A stretch of 58,863 nucleotides of DNA, counting the filler. It is 4 parts of 4 records of this genome, joined end to end, with 100 filler letters (N's around TTAATTAATTAA, not from the genome) between each part and the next. Parts side by side here need not be neighbours in the genome. Positions count along the whole stretch, not along the records: positions 23,768 to 40,396 come from DRR723986_6481; positions 40,497 to 49,580 come from DRR723986_6482; 2 more parts are not named here. One strand, written 5' to 3'. Every line of letters starts with the position of its first letter. Positions within the stretch are counted from its first letter, which is position 1. The notes under the pieces were generated by a model that was not told the origin of the DNA, searched no databases, and saw only the letters and a list, made by a program, of their open reading frames with translations. The position numbers and the translations under genes are program-made. Below are positions 33,317 to 42,920 of this stretch, in pieces.

Positions 33317-33361
33317 CACATTAAGGCGGCACGCATTAAGGCGAAGCACATTAAACAGAAT
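33317..33361. repeat. Three degenerate 15-bp direct repeats with a CATTAA core
   Basis: CACATTAAGGCGGCA / CGCATTAAGGCGAAG / CACATTAAACAGAAT. Confidence 0.6.
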
Positions 33362-33885
33362 CGCATGATGCTTGATTAATAAGGCTGAGACTGGAGCGTA
33401 CAAATAGTCCTTGAAAGTGTGGGCATGCCTAGAATTGTTGAGAATGTTACTACAGCTAATTGGGGTATGTACTCGCTTCGCTGTATGGTTCGCGTCTTTG
33501 TAGATGAATAATCTGTTAATGAGTTTTAGTTCACTGTGATAGCGCTACATTCATCCGAGTTGGTAGTTTTATCAAGATGTAATGTTCTAGCTAAGCGGGA
33601 ACCTCAAGGTTGCCATAAACCAAGCTGTCTCTACTATAGTAGAGCTTGCCTCTCTCGTGCACTTGCAAATAAAAAAATGTCCTGAAGTTATGCGAGGCTA
33701 AATGCACCGGAAGTAGCGTCCGTCCCTGGAAGGTCAAAAGCGGTACGCAAAGTATGTGACTCTGAATTGAGTTGGGAATCTGAAACTTATTGAGACGTTA
33801 TTCTTTGACCGGATGGCCAAAGAAAATCAAGAGGCTGTTCCAGCAGCGAGTAAAGCAATTTTACACTCAACCTTCTGAGATTAGC

Positions 33886-33920
33886 GTTGAAAGTTGAAAG
33901 TTGAAAGTTGAAAGTTGGAA
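33886..33920. repeat. Heptamer tandem repeat (GTTGAAA)4 + GTTGGAA
   Basis: Read directly in the phoD-GT4 intergenic gap. Confidence 0.92.
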
Positions 33921-34169
33921 GTGGCTAGTGTCTGCCTTTGGTGTGTGTGCGCATACTCATGTGGGGGCGGAACGCCACAACAGACTGACTGATCGGTTTT
34001 TGATAGTTAAAATATCGGCGGCATTCAGTTCTTGTTAGCTGTAACGAACGTCTATCTCAAATTTCAACTCAATATGTGTCTTTGGACTTCTCAGACATGA
34101 AAACTACAATTTATTTTGTAGCTTATTGGTCATTTCTTCGCGGATTAACTTTTTGCTGGCGACTTCGCA

Positions 34170-35174
34170 ATGCGAATCACTTTTATTGGGCCACTAAGAT
34201 CAACCTTTGTAAAAAATGAAGTTGAGATCCTTGAGGCCGAGCATGAATTGCTCAAATTCGATGCAGAAATCGGGACTGGTATCAATGGGTTGGGACCATT
34301 GTTTGGGCTCACAATGCGCTCGCTAAGAGCCGTGATTCGGAGCAAGGTTATTTTCTGCTGGTTTGCAGATTACGCAACACTATTGCCTGCGCTGCTGGCT
34401 CGTCTTCTCGGCAAGAGTGTATACGTTGTTGCAGGCGGAGATGATTCTCGCTGGCTGCCCCATCTAAACTATGGTGCCAAGGCAAAGCCTGAACGTTGGT
34501 TTTTTATACGTAATACGTTCCGGTTTGCAAGTCGAATTTTCGCCGTTTCGCAAGCTTCGGCTATTTCGCTGGATGTACTGACTAAAGGCCGGCACGGTCC
34601 CATTGAGGTGCTCCACAATGGAGTCAACATCAGCAGAATTCAGAAGCTAATTGATGGTAAGTCTCCAGTTCGTGATATAGTATTGACTGTTTCTCAAGCG
34701 AGCATACCCTTGGAAATGCACATAAAGGGCATTGACCGCGTGGTCAAACTTTCAGAGCAAATGCCGGATCAGGAGTTTTTAATCGCAGGACTGCGCGGCG
34801 CGGCCCTGGAACTGATTCAATGGGCTGTGAAGCCGCTCAAAAATATTATAGTGCTTCCCGGTCCGCTCGACTTTGAATCGGAGCTAATTCCGTTATACCA
34901 TCGTGCCACCGCCTACTGCCAGCTCTCAGTAGATGAGACATTTGGAGTCGCTGTCGTTGAAGCAATGGCTTGCGGCTGTGTGCCCGTAGTTACCAACGTT
35001 GGCGGTCTGCCAGAAGTTGTTGGTGAATGCGCTGAACCTGCAGACACCGATGCCGAAATAATTGAGCGTATCCGCGAAGCGGCTAACGTACAAGATCGCA
35101 GCTCCTTTCAACTACAGGCACAACGATTCGATATTTCTCGCAGAGCAGCCGTACTTCTCAAGCTTCTGCGATAG
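34170..35174 (+). CDS. Glycosyltransferase family 4 (GT-B)
   Basis: HNGV, KGID, ETFGVAVVEAMACGCVPVVTNVGGLPEVV (EX7E motif). Confidence 0.93.
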   Translation: MRITFIGPLRSTFVKNEVEILEAEHELLKFDAEIGTGINGLGPLFGLTMRSLRAVIRSKVIFCWFADYATLLPALLARLLGKSVYVVAGGDDSRWLPHLNYGAKAKPERWFFIRNTFRFASRIFAVSQASAISLDVLTKGRHGPIEVLHNGVNISRIQKLIDGKSPVRDIVLTVSQASIPLEMHIKGIDRVVKLSEQMPDQEFLIAGLRGAALELIQWAVKPLKNIIVLPGPLDFESELIPLYHRATAYCQLSVDETFGVAVVEAMACGCVPVVTNVGGLPEVVGECAEPADTDAEIIERIREAANVQDRSSFQLQAQRFDISRRAAVLLKLLR

Positions 35175-35507
35175 CGCATGCCCCTGACTTGACCGATTAC
35201 TTTATTGTAAGGCATAGAGTCCACGTTGTAGCCCTAAGTGTCATTTGCACAAAATTTTTTACACTCTCTTGATTTTTCTTACTGCTTTACAGCGTACCAA
35301 CGCCTCAGCGTCCTAGTATTTTATTGGAGCTTAAGGAGTCCCAAATTTGAGTGTGACTGGAATTACTCGTTTCAAAAACAAACTCTGGAATAGCTTTTGT
35401 ACATTAATCGCAGGTATCTTGAACACTGAGCTGACCGGTAGGTATATGCGCATTGTACTACTCATATAACCAATTCTCTCTTCACTAGTAACTGTAGAGT
35501 CAATCAA

Positions 35508-36500
35508 ATGAAAGTAGGCCTGTTTAGCGTTTCCGATCACTATCCTGCCGAACTGGGACGCACTTCGCAACAGCTGTACCAAGAACAACTCAATCAAATT
35601 GTTCATGCCGATCAACTTGGTTTTGACTCCTTTTGGCTAGCTGAACATCACTTTCATGAATATGGTATCATGCCACGCCCTGCCATTTTGCTTGCTGCGG
35701 CAGCGGCGCAGACATCCCGTATTCGCCTTGGGGCCGGAGTCGTAGTCCTTCCTTTTGATAATCCACTGCGCGTAGCTGAAGACTATGCTATGGTAGACAT
35801 CCTGTCTGAGGGTCGCCTCATGTTAGGTGTTGGGTCTGGATACCTTGCCCATGAGTACTCCGGTTTTGGTATAGACCCCCAAGAAAAGCGCAATAGATTC
35901 GATGAAGCGCTCAACATTTTGCAGAAAGCTTGGACAGGCGAGAGGTTTGACTTTGAGGGGCGCTATCATTCAGTGAAAAACGTGCAGCTTAACATACGGC
36001 CCCTTCAACAACCCATGCCCCCACTCTTTGTGGCTATCTTGCGCAATGGAGCCGCGCAGTTCCTTGGTGCTCGCCGCCAACAAATCATGATGATACCTTA
36101 TGCCACAACAGAGAACGTTGATGATCTGCAAACCACGGTTTCCGCCTATCAACAAAGTTTTGTTCAGGCCGGCGGCAAAAAAAGTGACGCTACTGTTCCC
36201 TTTGGTTTACACGTCGTGTGCGCTCCAACCCGCGCCGAAGCACACAAATTGTCTCGCCCGGCCTTCGATCGGTATGTTCGCACACGACTCTATGCACGCC
36301 AACGTAAATTTGATGATCTCGTAGAGAAAGATCTAGTCGCATTTGGTGATCCTAATGATATCTTACGAATCGTAGGCCGTTATAAAGCCGCTGGTTTGAC
36401 ACATTTACTCGCAATGATGAACTTTGGAGGACTTGATCACAAACATGTCTTGCAGTCTATGGAGCTGTTAGCCACGGAAGTAATACCCAATCTTCAATGA
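35508..36500 (+). CDS. Luciferase-like (LLM) flavin-dependent oxidoreductase
   Basis: GFDSFWLAEHHF, PLRVAEDYAMVDILSEGRL.LGVGSGY. Confidence 0.94.
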   Translation: MKVGLFSVSDHYPAELGRTSQQLYQEQLNQIVHADQLGFDSFWLAEHHFHEYGIMPRPAILLAAAAAQTSRIRLGAGVVVLPFDNPLRVAEDYAMVDILSEGRLMLGVGSGYLAHEYSGFGIDPQEKRNRFDEALNILQKAWTGERFDFEGRYHSVKNVQLNIRPLQQPMPPLFVAILRNGAAQFLGARRQQIMMIPYATTENVDDLQTTVSAYQQSFVQAGGKKSDATVPFGLHVVCAPTRAEAHKLSRPAFDRYVRTRLYARQRKFDDLVEKDLVAFGDPNDILRIVGRYKAAGLTHLLAMMNFGGLDHKHVLQSMELLATEVIPNLQ

Positions 36501-36932
36501 TTTAGTTTGGCTGCCAAACTATCGCGGAAACTCATCAAAATTTACAAAAGCGACACAGTTGTTCTGGGATGTATGCGGACTCGTTGAAGTGCCTTAACAT
36601 TAGATTAATCAATGTGTTAGGTGTTTTCCGTTTCTCGAATTTTGATCGGTGTGTCGCTTCGTCATTCATAGAAGTACCAGCTTTAATTTTGAAATTACCT
36701 GGAGTTGAAGTTCTACTGCAATAATCGAACATGTTTTGTCGCAATATTTGTCATCTTGCTGCAAGGAGTGAGAAATTCGACCTTACTAAAGAGCATTCAG
36801 AAAAATAGAGTGTGTTTTTGAGTGTCATTATCTTGTAACTGCATTTAATATCAACGTGTTAGGTGTTCATTTATGTGTGCCGCATGGTGCAACTTTAGTA
36901 CATGCTTTGGTATCGATTCGACGGAGAGTATC

Positions 36933-38966
36933 ATGCTGCACCAATTGATTGAGCACCTTCGCTTTGTTGCAAGTGGGTGGTTTGCCATTCTGCTTCTTTT
37001 GTTTGTCGCGGAATCGCGAGCCCAAAAGCAGACATGGAGGTTTGGCTTCGAAGACACATGGTCTCAATTCGGTGGTCTACTAAGTCAACCGCAAAAAGAT
37101 TCGATGATGGCGCGTCTTAAGGAAATCACCGTTGCTCAAGAGCACGCCGGGGACGTAAACATCAATGGCACTGCCGGCGGTTGGGATGCAATGCAGCCTG
37201 CCGCAGGAGCGGAAATCAACTTTCAACAAAGTGATGCATTGGTGCAAACATTGCAAAAAGGCGGATTTTCAATGGCGTGGAACATTCGTACCAATGCCGA
37301 ATGGGCCACTGCTTCGAGTCCTACATGCCGTGCCGCGAGCAATATCACCTCGTGTGCACCGGGGCCTGAATTTGAAGATGACCTCTATGACTATATTTAT
37401 GCAGTTATTGAACGGTACGATGGTGATGGGCTGGAAGACATGGGGTTCGAAACACCTGAAGATACCAGCGATGACCTCACAGTCCCAATCCAGTTTTATA
37501 TCATGACCGGCGAAATCGAATTTGCAGGTGCCACTCCTCCGCCTGGACCAAATGATGGGTATGGCGACCTGGGTGATGGGCGCGGGTTTTGGTCGGATGA
37601 TGTCCAGGCACTTTTGCGAACCCATCGCATAATCTACAGAGCTATCCACGATGCTGATCCAACTGGTTTTAGCAAGCTTGTCAGCAGCGGCGGTGTATTT
37701 TGGGACTTGTACACAGATTTTCCAGACTATCCGCAGATAGACGGTCCAATTCTACGTTCTCGACTTGAAGGCACAAATAATCACAATGCTCCATATGTCA
37801 ATAGTATTCAACGTGTAAAACAAATGCTGGACAGCTTTGGTGACGACTCCGACGGAATCGAATGTGATTACATCGGCTGGCATCCCCACATGGCTTGGCG
37901 CGACATCGACCAGTCATTCGCTTTCATCAAACGCTCCGCGCCCAATTTACCGATTTACGTCGATGACATGTGGGCAAATATATTCCTGCAGGATCGTGTC
38001 GATGCCACCGGTAACCGCTTATTTCATAATGTATTAGCCGGTGGAGAGGGTGACTTCCCAAATCAACTGGTCGGAGACTATTCCGCTTTAAGAAGCGGTG
38101 TGATTTTCAATAACAACCCAGATGTACGCCGGTGGTACCTGGAGCGTGGTGCACGCCAACTGGTCAAGGCCTTTGCGAGTGCTTTTGGAGAAGGAGCGGA
38201 ATACGTCTGTTTTTCCGGTACCGCAGATTTTGCAATCGACAGACTAAGCTTGACTGGTTTCATGAATTTGTTGGGCACCGCCAATGAGAATTTCAACCCC
38301 AAGCCGGCCGCCTTCGCGATGCAATATATGGTCGAGACGCTGCATGATTTCACCGCAGTAAATGAAGTGCCAGTTTCAAGTGATCCGCGCACCCGTTGTT
38401 ACAGATTCGAGCGCGCAGAGCGCGGACCGGTGTATGTCATGTGGAGTGAAACTGCCACGGCCCCTAACAACCTGGACTACACTCAATTGACTGGCCAACA
38501 GGTAGAATTGGAACTGGAGCATTCGCAGGCGAAGGTTCGTACCCTCACCGGTAAGACGGAAAACGTCATTTCAGAACCCGTGGAAGCATTTGCTGAGAGT
38601 GCAAACTTCACATTTCCATTGGGCTATTCGCCGATATTCGTTGAACCTTTCGCCAAAGAAGTCTCGGTGAGTAGCCACAACATCAGTCAGGCTGGAGTTA
38701 AGAACCTCCTTGTTCTGCCACAACCAGTAATCGGCACGCACTTGACAATCGAATTTGACGCGCTGGTTTTAACAGAGTTTCAGGCCGAAATTTATGATGT
38801 CTTCGGCCGTTCCTTAGGGCGTTTAACGGGTACCGGATCTCCTGGGCAAAATAGATTCTCATGGAATCTTGAACACACCCGAGTTGTTAATAGCGGCTGG
38901 TATGTTATCAGACTATGCAGTAATACGCATTGTTGCTCAACCACTGTTAACCTGGTGCGCAAGTAG
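36933..38966 (+). CDS. Secreted glycoside-hydrolase-like (clan GH-A/GH39-like) protein with a T9SS C-terminal sorting domain
   Basis: Signal peptide; VIERYDGDG..D motif, GEIE, AIHDADP; CTD with PQPV, IYDVFGR, SGWYVIRL. Confidence 0.7.
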   Translation: MLHQLIEHLRFVASGWFAILLLLFVAESRAQKQTWRFGFEDTWSQFGGLLSQPQKDSMMARLKEITVAQEHAGDVNINGTAGGWDAMQPAAGAEINFQQSDALVQTLQKGGFSMAWNIRTNAEWATASSPTCRAASNITSCAPGPEFEDDLYDYIYAVIERYDGDGLEDMGFETPEDTSDDLTVPIQFYIMTGEIEFAGATPPPGPNDGYGDLGDGRGFWSDDVQALLRTHRIIYRAIHDADPTGFSKLVSSGGVFWDLYTDFPDYPQIDGPILRSRLEGTNNHNAPYVNSIQRVKQMLDSFGDDSDGIECDYIGWHPHMAWRDIDQSFAFIKRSAPNLPIYVDDMWANIFLQDRVDATGNRLFHNVLAGGEGDFPNQLVGDYSALRSGVIFNNNPDVRRWYLERGARQLVKAFASAFGEGAEYVCFSGTADFAIDRLSLTGFMNLLGTANENFNPKPAAFAMQYMVETLHDFTAVNEVPVSSDPRTRCYRFERAERGPVYVMWSETATAPNNLDYTQLTGQQVELELEHSQAKVRTLTGKTENVISEPVEAFAESANFTFPLGYSPIFVEPFAKEVSVSSHNISQAGVKNLLVLPQPVIGTHLTIEFDALVLTEFQAEIYDVFGRSLGRLTGTGSPGQNRFSWNLEHTRVVNSGWYVIRLCSNTHCCSTTVNLVRK

Positions 38967-39014
38967 CGTCACAAATTCCAGTGTGCAATAGTAATCGTCG
39001 AGTGGTGAATTCGA

Positions 39015-39488
39015 ATGAGTCGCAAGGTGCCGAACAAAGGTCACTATGATCTTGTCTCACATTGGCTTATAGAGGCTGAGGCAAGTCGTGTCTGGGCTGC
39101 TATTGCAGATGCCGGCACGTGGCGGGTTTGGTGGCCTTCGCTGTGTGATGCAAATGAGCTCCAAGCTGGCGATTCAACGGGACTTGGTGCCCAGTGGCGC
39201 TTCGTCTGGAAGTCACGTCTACTGTATCGATTGAGTTTTAGCGTTCATATCATGGGACTGGAATACCCACACAAATTGGAAGGTGAGATATCTGGAGATC
39301 TGTGCGGTGCAGGAAAGTGGACCCTGTTAGAGGAAAGCGGAGTCTGTAGAGTCAAGCATTCATGGCGAGTGGAAGTTCAGAAAAACTGGATGAGGCAGCT
39401 TGACCCAATCGCACGCAAAGCTTTTGTCTGGAACCATAATGCCGTCATGCGCCAGGGAGAAGCAGGCTTAAAAGCACTTCTTGAGTGA
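39015..39488 (+). CDS. SRPBCC / polyketide cyclase-like protein
   Basis: W.IEA...VWAAI.D...W..WWP, GDL.G.G.W.L, FVWNHNAVMRQGEAGL. Confidence 0.88.
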   Translation: MSRKVPNKGHYDLVSHWLIEAEASRVWAAIADAGTWRVWWPSLCDANELQAGDSTGLGAQWRFVWKSRLLYRLSFSVHIMGLEYPHKLEGEISGDLCGAGKWTLLEESGVCRVKHSWRVEVQKNWMRQLDPIARKAFVWNHNAVMRQGEAGLKALLE

Positions 39489-40216
39489 GAAATGTAGTTG
39501 AGCGGCAGAATGGAAGAATCAGCGTTGGATAGTTTCACGTAAAAAGTTCGTCGCTATCTCTTAACAAACGAGCGGAGTTCGGGCTAAACGGGAGCAGTAG
39601 CACGCTTATCGGAAAATATGAAAATTTTGGGTGTACTTTTGCCTGATTAAAGGTGCCTCCCACCGCTGCTTCGAGGTACCTTATACCGGTTTCTACATAC
39701 GCCTCCCCCCTACAAAAAGTGTAAGTGTTTAAGAGAAGTACACTTCAGAGCGGTCCGCCACATGCACGCTTTCCGCACTACAAGCTTAAGACTTAACACA
39801 AATTTTTTCCAGAGCAAAAATACCAATGGTCCGCTGTGCCTGGTTAACCGATTATAGTTTACGGTTGAACGGTAGTTTAACTCAAGTCGTTTAGCAGTTT
39901 TGCCATCGCCCTTCTACAAATTCGCCTCTTCACACGTTTCCTGTCCCGTCCATGCGGCCGCTCCAGCTTGAGCACTTCGCCTCCTGCACTGCGTTTGTTG
40001 GCTTGTTTGTTCTTTTTGTTAACCGCTGAGCCACAAGCTTCCAGTAGGGCAGCCTCTCAGTGTTCTTGAAAATTCGTAATTGCTAAAGTGTGAGAAGCTC
40101 GCCGGAGGTAGCTGGAGAATCAGGAGTAAAACAACATTAATACCTCCTCAAGCGACGCGCCAAACATCCCTTCAAAATCTGCTGAACTGCGAAGCAGGAG
40201 AGTGGTTTAATCACCG

Positions 40217-40256
40217 AAAAAACACCAGCTGTGAGCCACATGCTCACAGCTGGTGT
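40217..40256 (-). terminator. Strong hairpin with a U-tract on the minus strand
   Basis: AAAAA-ACACCAGCTGTGAGC-CACAT-GCTCACAGCTGGTGT, perfect 15-bp stem. Confidence 0.65.
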
Positions 40257-40396
40257 GGGAAACTTCAGATTCAAAATCTCCACCGTACAAGCACAATCGG
40301 CGATCTCCGACTCAAAAACTTCAAACCTCTGAGTCTTTTTGCCTTGAATCTGATGGCTGATGAGCAGCCCAAGCGCCATGCGCTTGGGCACGCGGT

Positions 40397-40496
40397 NNNN
40401 NNNNNNNNNNNNNNNNNNNNNNNNNNNNNNNNNNNNNNNNTTAATTAATTAANNNNNNNNNNNNNNNNNNNNNNNNNNNNNNNNNNNNNNNNNNNN
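40397..40496. other. Artificial contig spacer
   Basis: N-run with TTAATTAATTAA at 40441-40452. Confidence 0.99.
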
Positions 40497-40660
40497 CGAA
40501 CCGCAGGCTGGCGCCAGGCGGCTGATGTGCGCTGAGGACGAACCACAGGCTGGCGCCGGGCGGCTGATGTATGCTGAGGAGGAACAGCAGGCTGATGTGC
40601 TGAGGAGGAACCGGGACAATGTCCGGCGGCTGATTTGCTGGGGAGTGGCTGATGTGGGGC
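40497..40660. repeat. Tandem 42-bp REP-like repeats decaying into partial copies, truncated at the contig start
   Basis: cgaaccgcaggctggcgccaggcggctgatgtgcgctgagga then cgaaccacaggctggcgccgggcggctgatgtatgctgagga, followed by three more GGCTGAT-containing partial units. Confidence 0.85.
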
Positions 40661-40841
40661 GGAGCGTTCACGAAATCTAAACACTCAGCCGGTACCCACC
40701 CAAGGCGGCTATCGCGTATGCTCTCTGTTCGGCCTTAAAATGTCGGCTCCTCGTGGCCTTGACCTTTATGGCCTCAAAACTTTATCGCCTCGCCACTTCA
40801 CAAGTGCTATTTGCGTCCCAATCGATTAACGAGACATCACC

Positions 40842-42833
40842 ATGCCACTTAGACGATATGCGTTCTTCCTGCTGCCCGCAGTGTTACTGTCGACGACACT
40901 GGGCCGAATTCAAGCTCACGATGGCGACCATCCGCACTCAAAGAAGTCTTCCACCGTTCAAACGACTCGGCCTGATTCCAAGACGCTGCCACCGGCGAAA
41001 GCGGACGACGTTTTCCATTTCGTTGTTTACGGCGACCGAACGGGTGGAGTGCCGGCCGGACTGAAAGTGCTCAAGCAGGCGGTTGCGGATACAAATCTGC
41101 TCGATCCTGATCTGGTGATGACCGTCGGCGACTTGATCCAGGGCTACAACGAAACGCCTGAGTGGATGCAGCAGATGGACGAGTATCAGGAAATCATGTC
41201 CAAGCTGAATATGCGGTGGTTCCCCGTCGCCGGCAATCATGATGTCTACTGGCGAGGCAAAGGGCCTGCACCGCAAGGACAACACGAATCCAACTATGAG
41301 AAGCATTTTGGGCCGCTGTGGTATTCGTTCCAGCACAAGAACGCGGGGTTCATCGTACTGTACTCTGACGAAGGCGATCCGGAAACGAACCGCAAGGCAT
41401 TCAATGATGGCAAGCTGCAGACGATGAGTGATGAGCAGTTGGCGTTCCTTGACCAGGCTTTGGAATCACTATCGGAGGTGGATCATGTGTTCTGCTTCCT
41501 TCATCACCCGCGGTGGATCGGCGGTGGATACACCGGAGGCAATTGGAATGTCGTGCATCAGAAATTGGTTGAAGCCCAAAACGTCACAGCAGTTTTTGCT
41601 GGGCACATTCACCACATGCGTTACGACGGCCCGAAGGATGGTATCGAGTACTTTACATTGGCTACCACCGGTGGGCACCTGAGTGCAGAGATTCCAGACG
41701 CCGGCTACTTGCACCACCTGAATTTGGTCACGGTTCGTAAAAGTGGCATTAAGGTATCGGCATTGCCAATTGGTTCCGTGATCGACCCCACTCAATTTAC
41801 GCCAGAGTTTCTCGATGCGATTGAGAAGGCCAGGGCAATTCGCCCCAAGTTAGCCAAGGCGTCTGAGCCGATCGTTCTGCAACTCGATGGCTCTTGCGCT
41901 GGAAGCGTCGCCTACGAAGTGCAAAACACGAGCTCTTTTCCGATCGATTACTCGGCAAGCTTCAGCACTGGTCCATCCGACATGTGGCGAAGCACGCTCG
42001 ACCACACGCACTTCGTTCTCGAAGCGGGCGAAACCAAGCAGATCGAATTCGAGATTCTTCGCGACGCGGGTACTCCGCCCAAGGATCTGCCCGAGTTCAT
42101 TGTTAGCGCGGAAGTGCTGACCGACTCGTCGCGTATTCGTCTGCCGAGTGCGCACCTGCCGCTGGACGTTCGGCCTCCTGTCGTTCCGGCTGACTATTTT
42201 ACCGATTCACCCCAAAAGTGTCTGGAGATCGATGGTCCCGCATCAGCGGTGCGTGTCGATGCCAACCAAATTGCGATTGCGGACGGGCCGATGACACTGG
42301 AAGCTTGGGTGCGACCGATCGAGACCGCGGGCCACAACGGGATCATCGCCAAGACGCAGAGTTCTGAGTACGCCCTGTTCTCCGATGAAGGCGTTCCGCA
42401 GTTCGATATCAATTTGAACGGTAAGTACTACTCGGCTTCCGGCGTGGAAAAGCTCTCAACGAATGCCTGGACGCACATCGCTGGTGTGTTTGACGGCGAG
42501 TATGTTCGCATGTACGTCGACGGTAAAGAGGTTGGGAAAACGAAGGCGAGTGGCAAGCGAAAGACAAACAGGCTGCCACTGTTCATCGGTGCCGACCCAG
42601 ATTCTGCAAGCAATCCTACTCGTCCCTTCCGCGGTTATATCGACGAAGTGCGTCTGAGTAGCGCTGCAGTGTATACCCAGCAGTTCGAACCCGCGGTTGC
42701 ACTCAAACCTACCGAAGACACAGCACTCCTGCTGCATATGGATCGCACCTTTGGACCATTCATGCTTGACCACTCCAGCAAAGCTGCTCAAGCAACTCTT
42801 GGCCCGAAGACCAAGCTGGTCGATCGCCCCTAG
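40842..42833 (+). CDS. Secreted calcineurin-like metallophosphoesterase with a C-terminal LamG/ConA-like domain
   Basis: Signal peptide; YGDRTGG, VGDLIQG, GNHD, HHP, AGHIH; LamG motifs TLEAWV, WTHIAGVFDG..VRMYVDG, FRGYIDEVRLS. Confidence 0.9.
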   Translation: MPLRRYAFFLLPAVLLSTTLGRIQAHDGDHPHSKKSSTVQTTRPDSKTLPPAKADDVFHFVVYGDRTGGVPAGLKVLKQAVADTNLLDPDLVMTVGDLIQGYNETPEWMQQMDEYQEIMSKLNMRWFPVAGNHDVYWRGKGPAPQGQHESNYEKHFGPLWYSFQHKNAGFIVLYSDEGDPETNRKAFNDGKLQTMSDEQLAFLDQALESLSEVDHVFCFLHHPRWIGGGYTGGNWNVVHQKLVEAQNVTAVFAGHIHHMRYDGPKDGIEYFTLATTGGHLSAEIPDAGYLHHLNLVTVRKSGIKVSALPIGSVIDPTQFTPEFLDAIEKARAIRPKLAKASEPIVLQLDGSCAGSVAYEVQNTSSFPIDYSASFSTGPSDMWRSTLDHTHFVLEAGETKQIEFEILRDAGTPPKDLPEFIVSAEVLTDSSRIRLPSAHLPLDVRPPVVPADYFTDSPQKCLEIDGPASAVRVDANQIAIADGPMTLEAWVRPIETAGHNGIIAKTQSSEYALFSDEGVPQFDINLNGKYYSASGVEKLSTNAWTHIAGVFDGEYVRMYVDGKEVGKTKASGKRKTNRLPLFIGADPDSASNPTRPFRGYIDEVRLSSAAVYTQQFEPAVALKPTEDTALLLHMDRTFGPFMLDHSSKAAQATLGPKTKLVDRP

Positions 42834-42920
42834 GCGAGTCAGCTAGCAGGGACGGTGTCGCTTGGCATGCAAGATGTCGCAAGAGTACCTTTGGCGCGAT
42901 GAAGTTGCTTGGCACTCCGA

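Noticed and set aside
33185..33403. 72-aa minus-strand ORF containing 5-aa repeats
   Set aside because: TTG start, no recognisable RBS or motif; kept only as a DNA repeat
40195..40270. Glycine-riboswitch-like GGAGAG...CACCGAA...CTTCAG
   Set aside because: Lacks the CCGAAGG and CTCTCAGG consensus and a closing P1 stem; no glycine gene visible downstream
40497..40660. Possible CRISPR array
   Set aside because: Units are directly tandem with no unique spacers, and no cas genes are present
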